Part shown: in pieces, positions 35,629 through 45,890 of the stretch
Numbering within the stretch: the first letter of the stretch is position 1
Layout of the letters: every line of letters begins with the position of its first letter
NCBI GenBank assembly: GCA_903902855.1
Contig: CAIUWK010000068.1
Location: forward strand, 74,558 to 138,557
DNA from: an uncultured Geobacter sp.
Lineage (GTDB): Bacteria; Desulfobacterota; Desulfuromonadia; Geobacterales; CAIOGM01
Direction of reading: 5' to 3'
DNA length: 64,000 nt
Translations under genes and position numbers: made by a program
The notes under the pieces: model-generated
What the model was told of the DNA's origin: nothing
Databases searched by the model: none
Seen by the model: the letters and a program-made list of their open reading frames with translations, nothing else

Positions 35629-37044
35629 TCAAGCCGCGCCGGTAGCGCGGGCGGTTTCACCGGTGGCGCTGCCGCTCTGGACCGTCTTGATGATGTTGTA
35701 GATAAAGATGAAGAGACTCACCAGGTAGATGACCCCGCCGCCGGCCCGCATGTGCCAGTAAGGGTACATCTCGGTCAGGGTCTCCATGAAGCTGTAATGG
35801 AGGCTGCCGTCGGCGTTGGTGGCGTGAAGCATGGTGGCCTGCTGGACCCCGGCAATCCACATACTAATGGAGTAGATGAGCTGACCGGTCACCGCCAGCC
35901 AGAAGTGAGCGTTGGCCAGCTTCACGCTATGGAGTTCGGTGTTGTAGAGACGGGGGATCAGATAGTAGATCCCGGCAAAGAGGATCAGCGACACCCACCC
36001 CAGCGCCCCCATGTGCACATGCCCCGGCACCCAGTCGGTGTAGTGAATGAAGGCCGAGAAGGTTCGGACCGCCTGGGCTGGCCCCTGGAGGGTCTGAAGA
36101 CCGTAAAAGGTGATGCCGAAGATGAAGAATTTAGCCAGATAGTTATCCCGCATCTGATGCCACTGGCCGTTCATGGAAAGGTAGCCGTTGATGACCGAGG
36201 CCCAGGAAGGGGCGATGAGCATGATGGAGAAACCCATGGCCAGGGTCTGAACCCAGTCCGGGATCGGTGTCCAGAGGAGGTGGTGGGCCCCGGTCCAGAG
36301 GTACATGAAAATGAGACTCCAGAAGGCAATGATTCCCATGCGGTGACTATAGATGGGGACCCCGGTGGACTTGGGGAGAAAATAATAGAAGATGGCCAGG
36401 GGGGGAGTGGTGAGAACCATGGCCACGGCGTTATGGCCATACCACCACTGAACGTTGGCATCATTGGCCCCGGCAAAGGCGGAGTACGACTTGGTGAGCG
36501 ACACCGGGATGCCGGCATTATTCACCAGATAGAGGACAGCGACCCCCACCAGGGTGGCGATGATGTACCAGAGGGAGACATACATCTGCTCCTCTTTGCG
36601 CTTCATGATGGTCATGAGGATATTCACCGTAAAGATAACCCAGAGGATTACCACGAGAATATCGATGGGCCACTCCAGCTCGGCGTACTCCTTGGACTGG
36701 TTATACCCCATGAGGAGGGTTACCGCCGCCAGGACGATGACCAGATTGAAGAGCCAGAGCTGGAACCGGGCCAGACCCAAGCTCCAGATGGGGGCCTTGG
36801 TCAGTCGCTGGGTGATGTAATAGAACATCCCCATGAAGCTCCCGATACCCCAGCCGAAGATGGCGGCGTTGGTGTGGAGCGGACGGAGACGGCCGTAGGT
36901 CAGAAACGGCGGGAAATTGAGCTGCGGAAAGACCAGCTGGAACGAGATGAGCACTCCAACCAGCACCGCCACCAGCCCCCAGATGATGCTCCAGAAGAGA
37001 AAACCCTTGGTTACCTCATCGGAGTATCCTGTTTTTACACCCAT
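35629..37044 (-). CDS. ccoN: cbb3-type cytochrome c oxidase subunit I
   Basis: 471 aa, 12+ TM helices. Conserved His ligand contexts (HTNAAIFGW; WTGAHH; HYTDWVPGHVHMGALGW). Confidence 0.95.
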   Translation of the reverse strand: MGVKTGYSDEVTKGFLFWSIIWGLVAVLVGVLISFQLVFPQLNFPPFLTYGRLRPLHTNAAIFGWGIGSFMGMFYYITQRLTKAPIWSLGLARFQLWLFNLVIVLAAVTLLMGYNQSKEYAELEWPIDILVVILWVIFTVNILMTIMKRKEEQMYVSLWYIIATLVGVAVLYLVNNAGIPVSLTKSYSAFAGANDANVQWWYGHNAVAMVLTTPPLAIFYYFLPKSTGVPIYSHRMGIIAFWSLIFMYLWTGAHHLLWTPIPDWVQTLAMGFSIMLIAPSWASVINGYLSMNGQWHQMRDNYLAKFFIFGITFYGLQTLQGPAQAVRTFSAFIHYTDWVPGHVHMGALGWVSLILFAGIYYLIPRLYNTELHSVKLANAHFWLAVTGQLIYSISMWIAGVQQATMLHATNADGSLHYSFMETLTEMYPYWHMRAGGGVIYLVSLFIFIYNIIKTVQSGSATGETARATGAA

Positions 37045-37095
37045 GACAACCTCCTTGCTGCGTAAATCGTATCGAAACCAGTATTAACTGTCGTT

Positions 37096-37218
37096 GTAAC
37101 TCAGGCTGAAGGCTGAAGAGTATGAGGAAAACCTCTGCAAGATCAATAAAGGTGCCCCATACAAGATGGGTTTAACCTTCAGCCTTCAGTCTTCAGCCTC
37201 ATTACTTGAGTAGTTACC
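37096..37218. repeat. Heptamer-arm hairpin element, copy B (best preserved)
   Basis: GTAACTCAGG CTGAAGGCTGAAG - core (AGTATGAGGAAAACCTCTGCAAGATCAATAAAGGTGCCCCATACAAGATGGGTTTAA) - CCTTCAGCCTTCAGTCTTCAGCC..CTTGAGTAGTTACC. Lies between the Rrf2 stop and the ccoN start. Confidence 0.85.
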
Positions 37219-37224
37219 TGTCGT

Positions 37225-37638
37225 TTATGGTGACTCTTCCCTGGCCAACTCCTCGATGGTCACCCCATCCAGGGTCTCCTGCGCCTGCAACTGCACCTGG
37301 CGCCAGACGGTATGCACCGTACAGGTCGCGGAGCGCACACACTCTCCCGCTGGAGCAACACAGCGGTTGGGGGCAATGGGCCCTTCAACCGCCTCAACTA
37401 CCTGCCGCAGGGTGATTTCCGCTGCCGGTCGGGCGAGAGAAAACCCCCCTCCAGTTCCCCGATAAGAGTTGATAAACCCTAATTTAGCGAAATTCTGGAA
37501 GATTTTTGCCAGAAACGTCTGGGGAATTTCGGCCGCCTCTGCGATCTCGCCGAGGAGGACAACGGTACCGTAAGGCTGGCGGGCAAGGTGAATGATCCCC
37601 CTGACTGCATACTCACCCTTGCGGGTTAATTCCATCAT
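37225..37638 (-). CDS. Rrf2 family transcriptional regulator (three-Cys, IscR/NsrR-like)
   Basis: Start taken at MMELTRKGEYAVR. Winged HTH plus CVAPAGECVRSATC cysteine cluster. Confidence 0.85.
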   Translation of the reverse strand: MMELTRKGEYAVRGIIHLARQPYGTVVLLGEIAEAAEIPQTFLAKIFQNFAKLGFINSYRGTGGGFSLARPAAEITLRQVVEAVEGPIAPNRCVAPAGECVRSATCTVHTVWRQVQLQAQETLDGVTIEELAREESP

Positions 37639-37705
37639 CACACTACCTTCAAGACCATTTTTATCTTTTTTAGTGAATCTGCTCCCCGGTGTCAACAGTT
37701 TTCAT

Positions 37706-38251
37706 TCAGTCAAAGTAGTCCGCCTGACAAAACGGCTTCCCCTGGAGATCCTTCCCCGAGAGGATCGGTTCCCCCACCAGGGGCCATTCAACGGCCAACT
37801 CCGGATCGTTCCAGGCGATACAGCGCTCGTACTCCGGGGCGTAGTAGTCGGTGGTCTTGTAGAGGAACTCGGCAGAATCCGAGACCACGAGGAAGCCGTG
37901 GGCAAACCCCTCCGGCACCCAGAACTGACGCTTGTTGGCGGCGGAGAGGTAGCACCCCTCCCATCTGCCGAAGGTGGGAGAACTTCGCCGGATATCCACG
38001 GCCACATCAAAGACCTCACCGCTCACCACCCGCACCAGTTTACCCTGGGGACGGACCATCTGATAATGGAGCCCCCTCAGGACGTTGGCCCCGGATTTGG
38101 AATGGTTGTCCTGCACGAAGCGGTGCGTCACGCCGAGCTGCTTCTCCCACTCCTTCTCGTTGAAACTCTCGAAAAAAAACCCCCGATCGTCGCCGAAAAT
38201 CTTCGGCTCGATGATAAGCAGGTCGGGGATGGATGTCTGAATAACCTTCAT
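37706..38251 (-). CDS. rfbC: dTDP-4-dehydrorhamnose 3,5-epimerase
   Basis: 181 aa. DDRGFF..E, RGLHYQ and WVPEGFAHGF motifs. Confidence 0.9.
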   Translation of the reverse strand: MKVIQTSIPDLLIIEPKIFGDDRGFFFESFNEKEWEKQLGVTHRFVQDNHSKSGANVLRGLHYQMVRPQGKLVRVVSGEVFDVAVDIRRSSPTFGRWEGCYLSAANKRQFWVPEGFAHGFLVVSDSAEFLYKTTDYYAPEYERCIAWNDPELAVEWPLVGEPILSGKDLQGKPFCQADYFD

Positions 38252-38288
38252 GTAATGTCTCCTCTCCGCTGGGATGCGGAGCGCATTA

Positions 38289-40004
<1,716 letters not shown>

Positions 40005-40024
40005 TAAATTACCTCGGTTTGATT

Positions 40025-40224
40025 CCGGGACCAAGGACCGGGAACCAGTGGAAAAGCTGGGACCGGGGACCGGGAACCGGTAAGTGCGGTTATTGTTCTG
40101 TACGATTCACAATAGGGAAGTATTGGTGCTTCATGATGTCGTATGCTGACGTATCGACCGTTTATTGTTTCATTCCGGCCTCATACGGGTTTCCTGGTCC
40201 CAGGTCCCAGGTCACCGGTCCCCG
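40025..40224. repeat. Hairpin element variant with GGGACCN/NGGTCCC heptamer arms
   Basis: Left arm CCGGGACCAAGGACCGGGAACC..GGGACCGGGGACCGGGAACCGG. Right arm, after ..CCTCATACGGGTTTCC, is TGGTCCCAGGTCCCAGGTCACCGGTCCCCG. The right arm overlaps the last codons of ispG. Confidence 0.75.
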
Positions 40225-41273
40225 TTCACAGCCTTCAACACTTCCGCCACCAGGGCGTCGGCCATCTCGGCCTCGGGAACTTTCCGGATGATCTCGCCGT
40301 GACGGAAGAGGAGCCCCTCCCCTTTTCCCCCGGCAATACCGAAATCGGCCTCCCTGGCCTCGCCGGGTCCGTTCACCCCGCACCCCATCACCGCCACGGT
40401 GACGGGACTCTTCACCCCCCTCAACCGCTCCTCAACCTCGTTGGCCACATGAATGAGATCGATCTGGCAGCGGCCGCAGGTGGGGCAGGAGACGAAGTTG
40501 ACCCCATGCTGCCGGAGGTTAAGGGCTTTGAGGATCTCGAACCCCACCCGGACCTCGTCCACGGGGTCGCCGGTGAGAGAGACCCGCATGGTGTCGCCTA
40601 TACCGTCAGCCAAAAGGATTCCCAGCCCCACGGAAGATTTAATGGTGCCGGAGAAGATGGTTCCAGCCTCGGTAATGCCGATATGCAGTGGGTAATCGAC
40701 CTTCTCTGCCAGAAGACGGTATGCCGCCACGGTCTTCATGACATCCGACGCCTTGAGAGAAACCTTGATCCGGTCATACCCCAACTCTTCCAGAATCCGG
40801 ACATGCCCCAAGGCCGACTCCACCATGGCCTCCGCCGTGGGATGACCGTACTTGGCCAGGAGTTCCTTCTCCAGGGAGCCGGCATTGACCCCAATCCGGA
40901 TGGGCACCTGACGCTCACGGGCGGCGGCCACCACCTCGGCCACCTTCCATTGATCACCGATGTTGCCGGGGTTGAGCCGAAGCCCGTCGATCCCTGCGGC
41001 CAGCACCGTGAGGGCCAGCTTGTAGTCGAAGTGGATGTCGGCAATGACCGGGATGGGGCTCTGCGCCTTGATCCGTCCCAGAGCTTCAGCCGCCTCCATG
41101 TCCAGCACGGCGCAGCGGACCAGCTCACAGCCGGCCTGGGCCAGGGAACTGATCTGGGCCATGGTGGCTGCCACATCCCGGGTGTCGGTGTTACACATGG
41201 ACTGGACGGAGATGGGTGCCCCGCCGCCGACGGCTATGGTTCCGATAGTTATCTGTTTCGTCGCTTTTCTCAT
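40212..41273 (-). CDS. ispG: 4-hydroxy-3-methylbut-2-en-1-yl diphosphate synthase (flavodoxin)
   Basis: Start taken at MRKATKQITIG. The PISVQSM..NT motif and C-terminal CPTCGRC...GC..NGPGE cluster are present. Confidence 0.95.
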   Translation of the reverse strand: MRKATKQITIGTIAVGGGAPISVQSMCNTDTRDVAATMAQISSLAQAGCELVRCAVLDMEAAEALGRIKAQSPIPVIADIHFDYKLALTVLAAGIDGLRLNPGNIGDQWKVAEVVAAARERQVPIRIGVNAGSLEKELLAKYGHPTAEAMVESALGHVRILEELGYDRIKVSLKASDVMKTVAAYRLLAEKVDYPLHIGITEAGTIFSGTIKSSVGLGILLADGIGDTMRVSLTGDPVDEVRVGFEILKALNLRQHGVNFVSCPTCGRCQIDLIHVANEVEERLRGVKSPVTVAVMGCGVNGPGEAREADFGIAGGKGEGLLFRHGEIIRKVPEAEMADALVAEVLKAVNGDR

Positions 41274-41575
41274 GGCGCGAATCCTAGTCAAATGTAGGAA
41301 AAAATGCAAGGGAAAGGACGAAGAGGAAGAGACATAAGGGGATTATTACTGCACGGCCAAGCGGTTCCAGTCAGTTATGACAGACAGAGGCGCCATCAAT
41401 CTGTTGTGGCGGGTGGCGGCCCGTACTGATCCCACAACCCTAAGTCCACGCATACTGATCCATTCAGCAATTGGGGAGGGACGAAAGGGGGCTGAAAGGT
41501 CATTCAGAAATTGACAAGAGTTATCGCTATTGCTAACGTCAGCCCATGGCCACCAAACAGGACGTGGAAGTCGCC

Positions 41576-41649
41576 GCTTTCGGTTGTTGAATATTCGCCA
41601 AAGCGAGAGGCGAGAGGGTCAGGCTTTCGGTTGTTGAATATTCGCCAAA
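41576..41649. repeat. 27-nt direct repeat x2 (period 47) containing near-palindrome TTGAATATTCG
   Basis: GCTTTCGGTTGTTGAATATTCGCCAAA occurs at 41576-41602 and 41623-41649. Confidence 0.8.
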
Positions 41650-41791
41650 ATCAACAATCCAACGACACCAAACGGCTTTTTCAGGCAAAACAGGCCGTTT
41701 TACCCAACTTCGGCATGCCGAAGATCGGCGTAACCTACCGGAAGATAACAATACACCTTTTAATAATCGAAATATGCGCGGCATCATTTAG
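41640..41791. repeat. Conserved non-coding module, copy 2 (homologous to 31196-31350)
   Basis: See copy 1. Contains the 16-bp perfect palindrome CTTCGGCATGCCGAAG (41708-41723). Confidence 0.8.
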
Positions 41792-41856
41792 GGCAGAAAT
41801 TGAATATCAGCCGAAACGAGAAGAAACAAGCTGGTGGAGATTACGCTCACTCCTCC

Positions 41857-41896
41857 ATAAAAAACCGGCGTCTGGAAGTGATTCCGTGACGCCGGT
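41857..41896 (-). terminator. Intrinsic terminator (minus strand)
   Basis: Minus strand has ACCGGCGTC..GGAA-loop-TTCC..GACGCCGGT followed by TTTTTTAT. Confidence 0.55.
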
Positions 41897-42155
41897 CCTG
41901 GCCAGAGCTGAATTTATGGTGACGCAAGCCGACGAGGATCAGGATTTGTATCGATATGCCTGACCATGCCGCCACCTCTCAGGAATCAATTGATGAGGGG
42001 GTACTTTAGCAGCAAAACCCTTCACTGGCAACCAAATCTTTTAATAAGAAAAATATCCTGATAAATAATTCGGATACGCAAAAGAACACGGGACCGCAGG
42101 GCTTCCAAGGAGCCCCAGACCACCAGGTTCCCAAGTCCCCCTTTGACTCAACTTT

Positions 42156-42752
42156 TCATTCCGCGAACACCGCAGTCAAGTCGATCTCCAGATCCGGAAA
42201 GATATTGACCTGCGGCCGGTCGGTATCAACATAAACCGACGGCCGGCCGTATTGCCCATCACCCTGCAGGATAAAGACCAGCACTATTTTTGCCGCCGGG
42301 TCCACGATCCAGTATTCCCGGACCCCGGCCCGCTCGTACCGGGCCAGCTTGGTCTTCAGATCCTTCTGGGCCGTGGATGGCGAAAGAATCTCCACCACCA
42401 ACTCCGGAGCTCCCCGGTACCCGGTATTGTCAAGCCGACTCTTGTCACAAATCACCGACAGGTCGGGCTGCACCACCGTGGTAATCTCGTCATCATGCTC
42501 GTCACTTTCCGCCAGGCGGACATCGATAGGGGCGATGAATACCTGGCACGGCTTACCGCGTAGCCAGTTGGCAAACTGACGATGCAACTCCCCAAGAAGC
42601 AACTGATGCCGGGGGGACGGCGCCGGTGACATGCAATAGGGGACGCCGTCAATCAGCTCCCACCGCTCATCATCATTCCAGGTTCGATAATCACCATAGG
42701 TAAACAGTTCTTCAAGTTTGTACGCCAATGGTCCCATTTCCGCTCTCCCCAC
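42156..42752 (-). CDS. Uma2 family (DUF820) endonuclease
   Basis: 198 aa. The YELIDG-type motif (WELIDGVPY), PD-(D/E)xK-like core (QPDLSVIC...PELVVEILSPST) and EYWIVDP are present. Confidence 0.8.
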   Translation of the reverse strand: MGRAEMGPLAYKLEELFTYGDYRTWNDDERWELIDGVPYCMSPAPSPRHQLLLGELHRQFANWLRGKPCQVFIAPIDVRLAESDEHDDEITTVVQPDLSVICDKSRLDNTGYRGAPELVVEILSPSTAQKDLKTKLARYERAGVREYWIVDPAAKIVLVFILQGDGQYGRPSVYVDTDRPQVNIFPDLEIDLTAVFAE

Positions 42753-42764
42753 TGAACCACGAGC

Positions 42765-43709
42765 TTACCCACCGATGACCAGCACCGTCTCGTCCAGACG
42801 AATCTCCTCCGTAGAGGTAAGCCCAACCTCCCTCAGCCAGGAGGCGATCTCCCCAGGAGGGTAACAGCTCCCCCCTTCGCTGTTCACCAGCATGTTCACT
42901 GCGAACAACGCCCCCATGACAGGCTGAGTCAGGGTATCGTCGATGAGGAACTCCTGTACCACAATCCTCCCTCCGGGATTGAGCCCCTTACGGCAGTTGG
43001 CCAGTATCCGCCGGTTCTCCTCGGGTGAATAGGAGTGGAGCAGGTGGCTGATGAAGATCAGGTCGTACCCCTCCCCCACCGGACCGGTGAGGGCATCACC
43101 CTCTTGAAAGGAGAGGTTGACCCCCTGCTCGTCGGCGATCTCACGGGCGATGGCGACGGTATCGGGAAGATCGAAGAGGGTGACCGCCACCCCCCGCCGG
43201 GCCAACTCCATGCTGTAGGTGCCGGGGCCCCCCGCCAGATCCAGAGCGTTTCTCACCCCGGAGAGATCCAGACGGTCGATGACCTGAACGGCCTTGAAGA
43301 TTGCATTGTTGTGCATGGCTCGGATAAAGGAGGAGTGATCAGAGGCCCGACGTATCGGCTTCCCGGTACGGACGATCTCATCCAGGGCCGACCAGTTCTG
43401 CCAGAGGGTGTCGTAATGTTTGATCATCTCCCCCTGATACCCGGGGCTCCCGCTCACGAGATACTTCTCGGCCAGAGGGGTATTCAGGTAGAGGTCGTCC
43501 CGTTTCTCCAGAAGGGAGAGGCCACAGAGAGCGTTCAACAGGATTTCAATCCCCCGCAGACTCACCTTGAGGAGGGGAGCCAGTTCTGCGGCCCTCTTTC
43601 CTTCCCCCAGGTGATCGAAGAGCCGGAAGTTATTAGCGGTGAGGATGACGCGGGAGGGCCAGAAACTCCATAGCCGCCGCAAGCTGTTGAGATCGTCGGG
43701 CTGTTCCAT
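42765..43709 (-). CDS. SAM-dependent O-methyltransferase (dimerisation domain plus class I MTase)
   Basis: Start taken at MEQPDDL (GGAGG SD). ALDLAGGPG SAM motif and an O-MT-like winged-helix N-terminal domain. Confidence 0.7.
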   Translation of the reverse strand: MEQPDDLNSLRRLWSFWPSRVILTANNFRLFDHLGEGKRAAELAPLLKVSLRGIEILLNALCGLSLLEKRDDLYLNTPLAEKYLVSGSPGYQGEMIKHYDTLWQNWSALDEIVRTGKPIRRASDHSSFIRAMHNNAIFKAVQVIDRLDLSGVRNALDLAGGPGTYSMELARRGVAVTLFDLPDTVAIAREIADEQGVNLSFQEGDALTGPVGEGYDLIFISHLLHSYSPEENRRILANCRKGLNPGGRIVVQEFLIDDTLTQPVMGALFAVNMLVNSEGGSCYPPGEIASWLREVGLTSTEEIRLDETVLVIGG

Positions 43710-43711
43710 GA

Positions 43712-44221
43712 TCAAACCTCCTGGGTGGGTATACTTTTCTTTGTCTTCTCCAGACGGATGAAGGTTGCCGGCATCTTCCCGAGGAGCTCGTCGCGGCATG
43801 TTTCCGTAAAACAGTCTACAGGAAGTTCGGGAAAGGTGACATCACCGGGAATCTCCTGGTGAATGATCGTCAGGCAGATCCGGTCCGCCAACGGCAGGGC
43901 CTGCCGGTAGAGTTCCCCCCCTCCGGCAATGAACAGCTCTTCCCCGCCAGGGGAGCGCGCCCCCAGGAGAAACGCCTCTTCCAGAGAGCCGGCGAGGATG
44001 TCGTCCGGGAGAATCATCTGCCGGTTTCGGGAGAGGACAATGACCGTCCGACCATCCAGCTGTCGGGGGAGCGACTGGTACGTCCTGCGTCCCATGATCA
44101 CCGGATGCCCCATGGTGACGGCCCGAAATCGCTTCCGGTCTTCCGGGAGGTCCCACGGAATACCGTTCTCCCTGCCGATGACCCGGTTTTCCGCCATGGC
44201 CGCAATGAGCGTGATGATCAT
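43712..44221 (-). CDS. folA: Dihydrofolate reductase
   Basis: Start taken at MIITLIAAMAENRVIGRENGIPW. The GRRTYQSL and IAGGGELY motifs are present. Confidence 0.9.
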   Translation of the reverse strand: MIITLIAAMAENRVIGRENGIPWDLPEDRKRFRAVTMGHPVIMGRRTYQSLPRQLDGRTVIVLSRNRQMILPDDILAGSLEEAFLLGARSPGGEELFIAGGGELYRQALPLADRICLTIIHQEIPGDVTFPELPVDCFTETCRDELLGKMPATFIRLEKTKKSIPTQEV

Positions 44222-44237
44222 CTCCAGCCGGCCACGC

Positions 44238-45254
44238 TCAACGTCCCGAGGGTGACGCCGGCGCGGTGGTTTCCGGAAGCCTCCCGCAGAAAAGTTCTTT
44301 GCGCTCACCGGGCGCCAGAAGGGGGAACTGCGTTGTGCCGCGATATTCCCCCTTCCAGTAACAGGAAGCTTCACCGGCAGGGAGGGTGAGGGGTGTGGAA
44401 TTGGTGAGGGTCAGTGAAAGGGGCGAGAGCGGTGCGGCGGAAGCCGACACCACAACCGGAAGAGCATAAACGGCAATGGGAGCAGCATCAGAGGCAGCCG
44501 GCAGAGTATCCGGCTGCGAAGCCGCTGAGGTCAGATGAGCCGGTGTCACCGTGACCACCGTCCCCGGTTCGGTTTCCGGAAGTAACGCTCGGAGGGTCAG
44601 ACGGGCAGTGGCCGACTCATCCGCTCTGACATCATAGAGCGGCTTCCAGGCAGCATCATTCCGGGCGTACAACAGCGTCAGGGTGCCTGCTTTTCCCTGG
44701 AACCAGATCCGGGCGATACTCCCCCCCGCGTTGGCCTTGCGCAGCAAATCGGTGCGCCGCGCCTCCACCCCCTTCAGCTCTTTTTCCGCCATGCGCCGCA
44801 AACGGTAGACCTCCTCCAGTCGATCCAAGGCCAGATCGGTCCCCTGTTTGATGGCGGTAACCGGCTCAGGGTTGGTTTTGGATTTCCGCGGTGCCTTGGC
44901 ACTCTGAGACTTGGCCGCAGCCGTGAAAATACCTTCCCGAGTCTGGAGCGCCCTCAACCGGTCCCCCAGGAGCTCCCGGCGTTCGTCCAGGGAAGCAAGC
45001 AGCTTCTCCATCTTCGGGTCAATCCTGGCCGGTACGATCTGAACCCGGCTGATGACGGCATCATTTCCCGGCCTCACCCGCAGACTCCCCGGCAAGAGGC
45101 TTCCGGGGAGCGGCGCTTCGGCGTACCATTTAGCCGTGACGATCTCCCGGCTCACCAACCCTCCATCCAGGTAGCAGACTAGAGTCTGGTTGGCGGCAAA
45201 GAGCGGCGGGGTTAAGAGGAAGAGCATTCCGGCAGCAATGACGAGTCGTCTCAT
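44238..45254 (-). CDS. Secreted DUF4139/DUF4140-like protein
   Basis: 338 aa. Signal peptide, central coiled-coil and WKPLYDVRAD motif reminiscent of the DUF4139 (MuiA-like) family. The assignment is tentative. Confidence 0.45.
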   Translation of the reverse strand: MRRLVIAAGMLFLLTPPLFAANQTLVCYLDGGLVSREIVTAKWYAEAPLPGSLLPGSLRVRPGNDAVISRVQIVPARIDPKMEKLLASLDERRELLGDRLRALQTREGIFTAAAKSQSAKAPRKSKTNPEPVTAIKQGTDLALDRLEEVYRLRRMAEKELKGVEARRTDLLRKANAGGSIARIWFQGKAGTLTLLYARNDAAWKPLYDVRADESATARLTLRALLPETEPGTVVTVTPAHLTSAASQPDTLPAASDAAPIAVYALPVVVSASAAPLSPLSLTLTNSTPLTLPAGEASCYWKGEYRGTTQFPLLAPGERKELFCGRLPETTAPASPSGR

Positions 45255-45322
45255 GGGTGTCCCCGGCAGCAGGAGCGACCCCCACCCGGCGGAGGTCGCC
45301 CTTGCTGAAGTTTTGGCTTCGG

Positions 45323-45694
45323 CTACACGTCCAGCAGTTCCACGTCAAAGATAAGCGTGGCATTGGGAGGAATTACCCCTCCGGCGCCGACGATACCGTA
45401 GCCCAACTGCGACGGGATGATCAGCTTCCGTTTGCCCCCCACCCTCATGGAGAGTACCCCTTCATCCCAGCCGGCAATCACCTGCCCCACGCCGATGGTG
45501 AAGGAGAACGGTTGCCCCCGGTCCACGGAGCTGTCGAACTTGGTCCCGTTCTCCAGTGTGCCGGTATAGTGGACCTTCACCTGCTTCCCCACCCGGGGGG
45601 AGAGGCCGGTGCCGGGGGTGATGTCAAGGTAGGAGAGGCCGGACGGGGTGGTGATGTACTGGTCTGCGCTCTTCTGTTCAACGGTCATAAACAT
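45323..45694 (-). CDS. FKBP-type peptidyl-prolyl cis-trans isomerase
   Basis: 123 aa. VHYTGTLENGTKFDSS...GQVIAGWDEG...IPP.ATLIFDVELL. Confidence 0.9.
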   Translation of the reverse strand: MFMTVEQKSADQYITTPSGLSYLDITPGTGLSPRVGKQVKVHYTGTLENGTKFDSSVDRGQPFSFTIGVGQVIAGWDEGVLSMRVGGKRKLIIPSQLGYGIVGAGGVIPPNATLIFDVELLDV

Positions 45695-45724
45695 ATTCTC
45701 CTTGTGTGAGTTAGTTACCTGCCT

Positions 45725-45863
45725 GGTAACTTCAGGTTGATGCGCTGAAGGCTGAAGACCATCAGGAAAACCACTGCAAAATCAGTAAAGGCAATTTATC
45801 CGAGACGGGTTCAACCTTCAGCCTTCAGTCTTCAGTCTTCAGTCTTAATACCTGAGAAGTTAC
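45725..45863. repeat. Heptamer-arm hairpin element, copy C
   Basis: GGTAACTTCAGG..CTGAAGGCTGAAG - core - CCTTCAGCCTTCAGTCTTCAGTCTTCAGTCTT..CCTGAGAAGTTAC. Lies between the EVE-gene stop and the FKBP start. Confidence 0.85.
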
Positions 45864-45890
45864 TCTGCCTGATAGCTACGGAGCATCACG

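Noticed and set aside
37130-37150. FNR/FixK box upstream of ccoN (TTGATC within CTGCAAGATCAATAAAG).
   Set aside because: Only one half-site is present (no ATCAA partner at N4 spacing). The string belongs to the repeat-element core found at unrelated loci.
41511-41963. A 150-aa ORF, and ORF 30964-31350, share a peptide-level match (AKQAV.PNFG.PKIG.TYRK.TIHLLII).
   Set aside because: The similarity comes from the shared 150-nt DNA module. There is no SD or credible start, the frames run through direct repeats and palindromes, and the sequence outside the module is unrelated. I treat it as non-coding, with some residual uncertainty.
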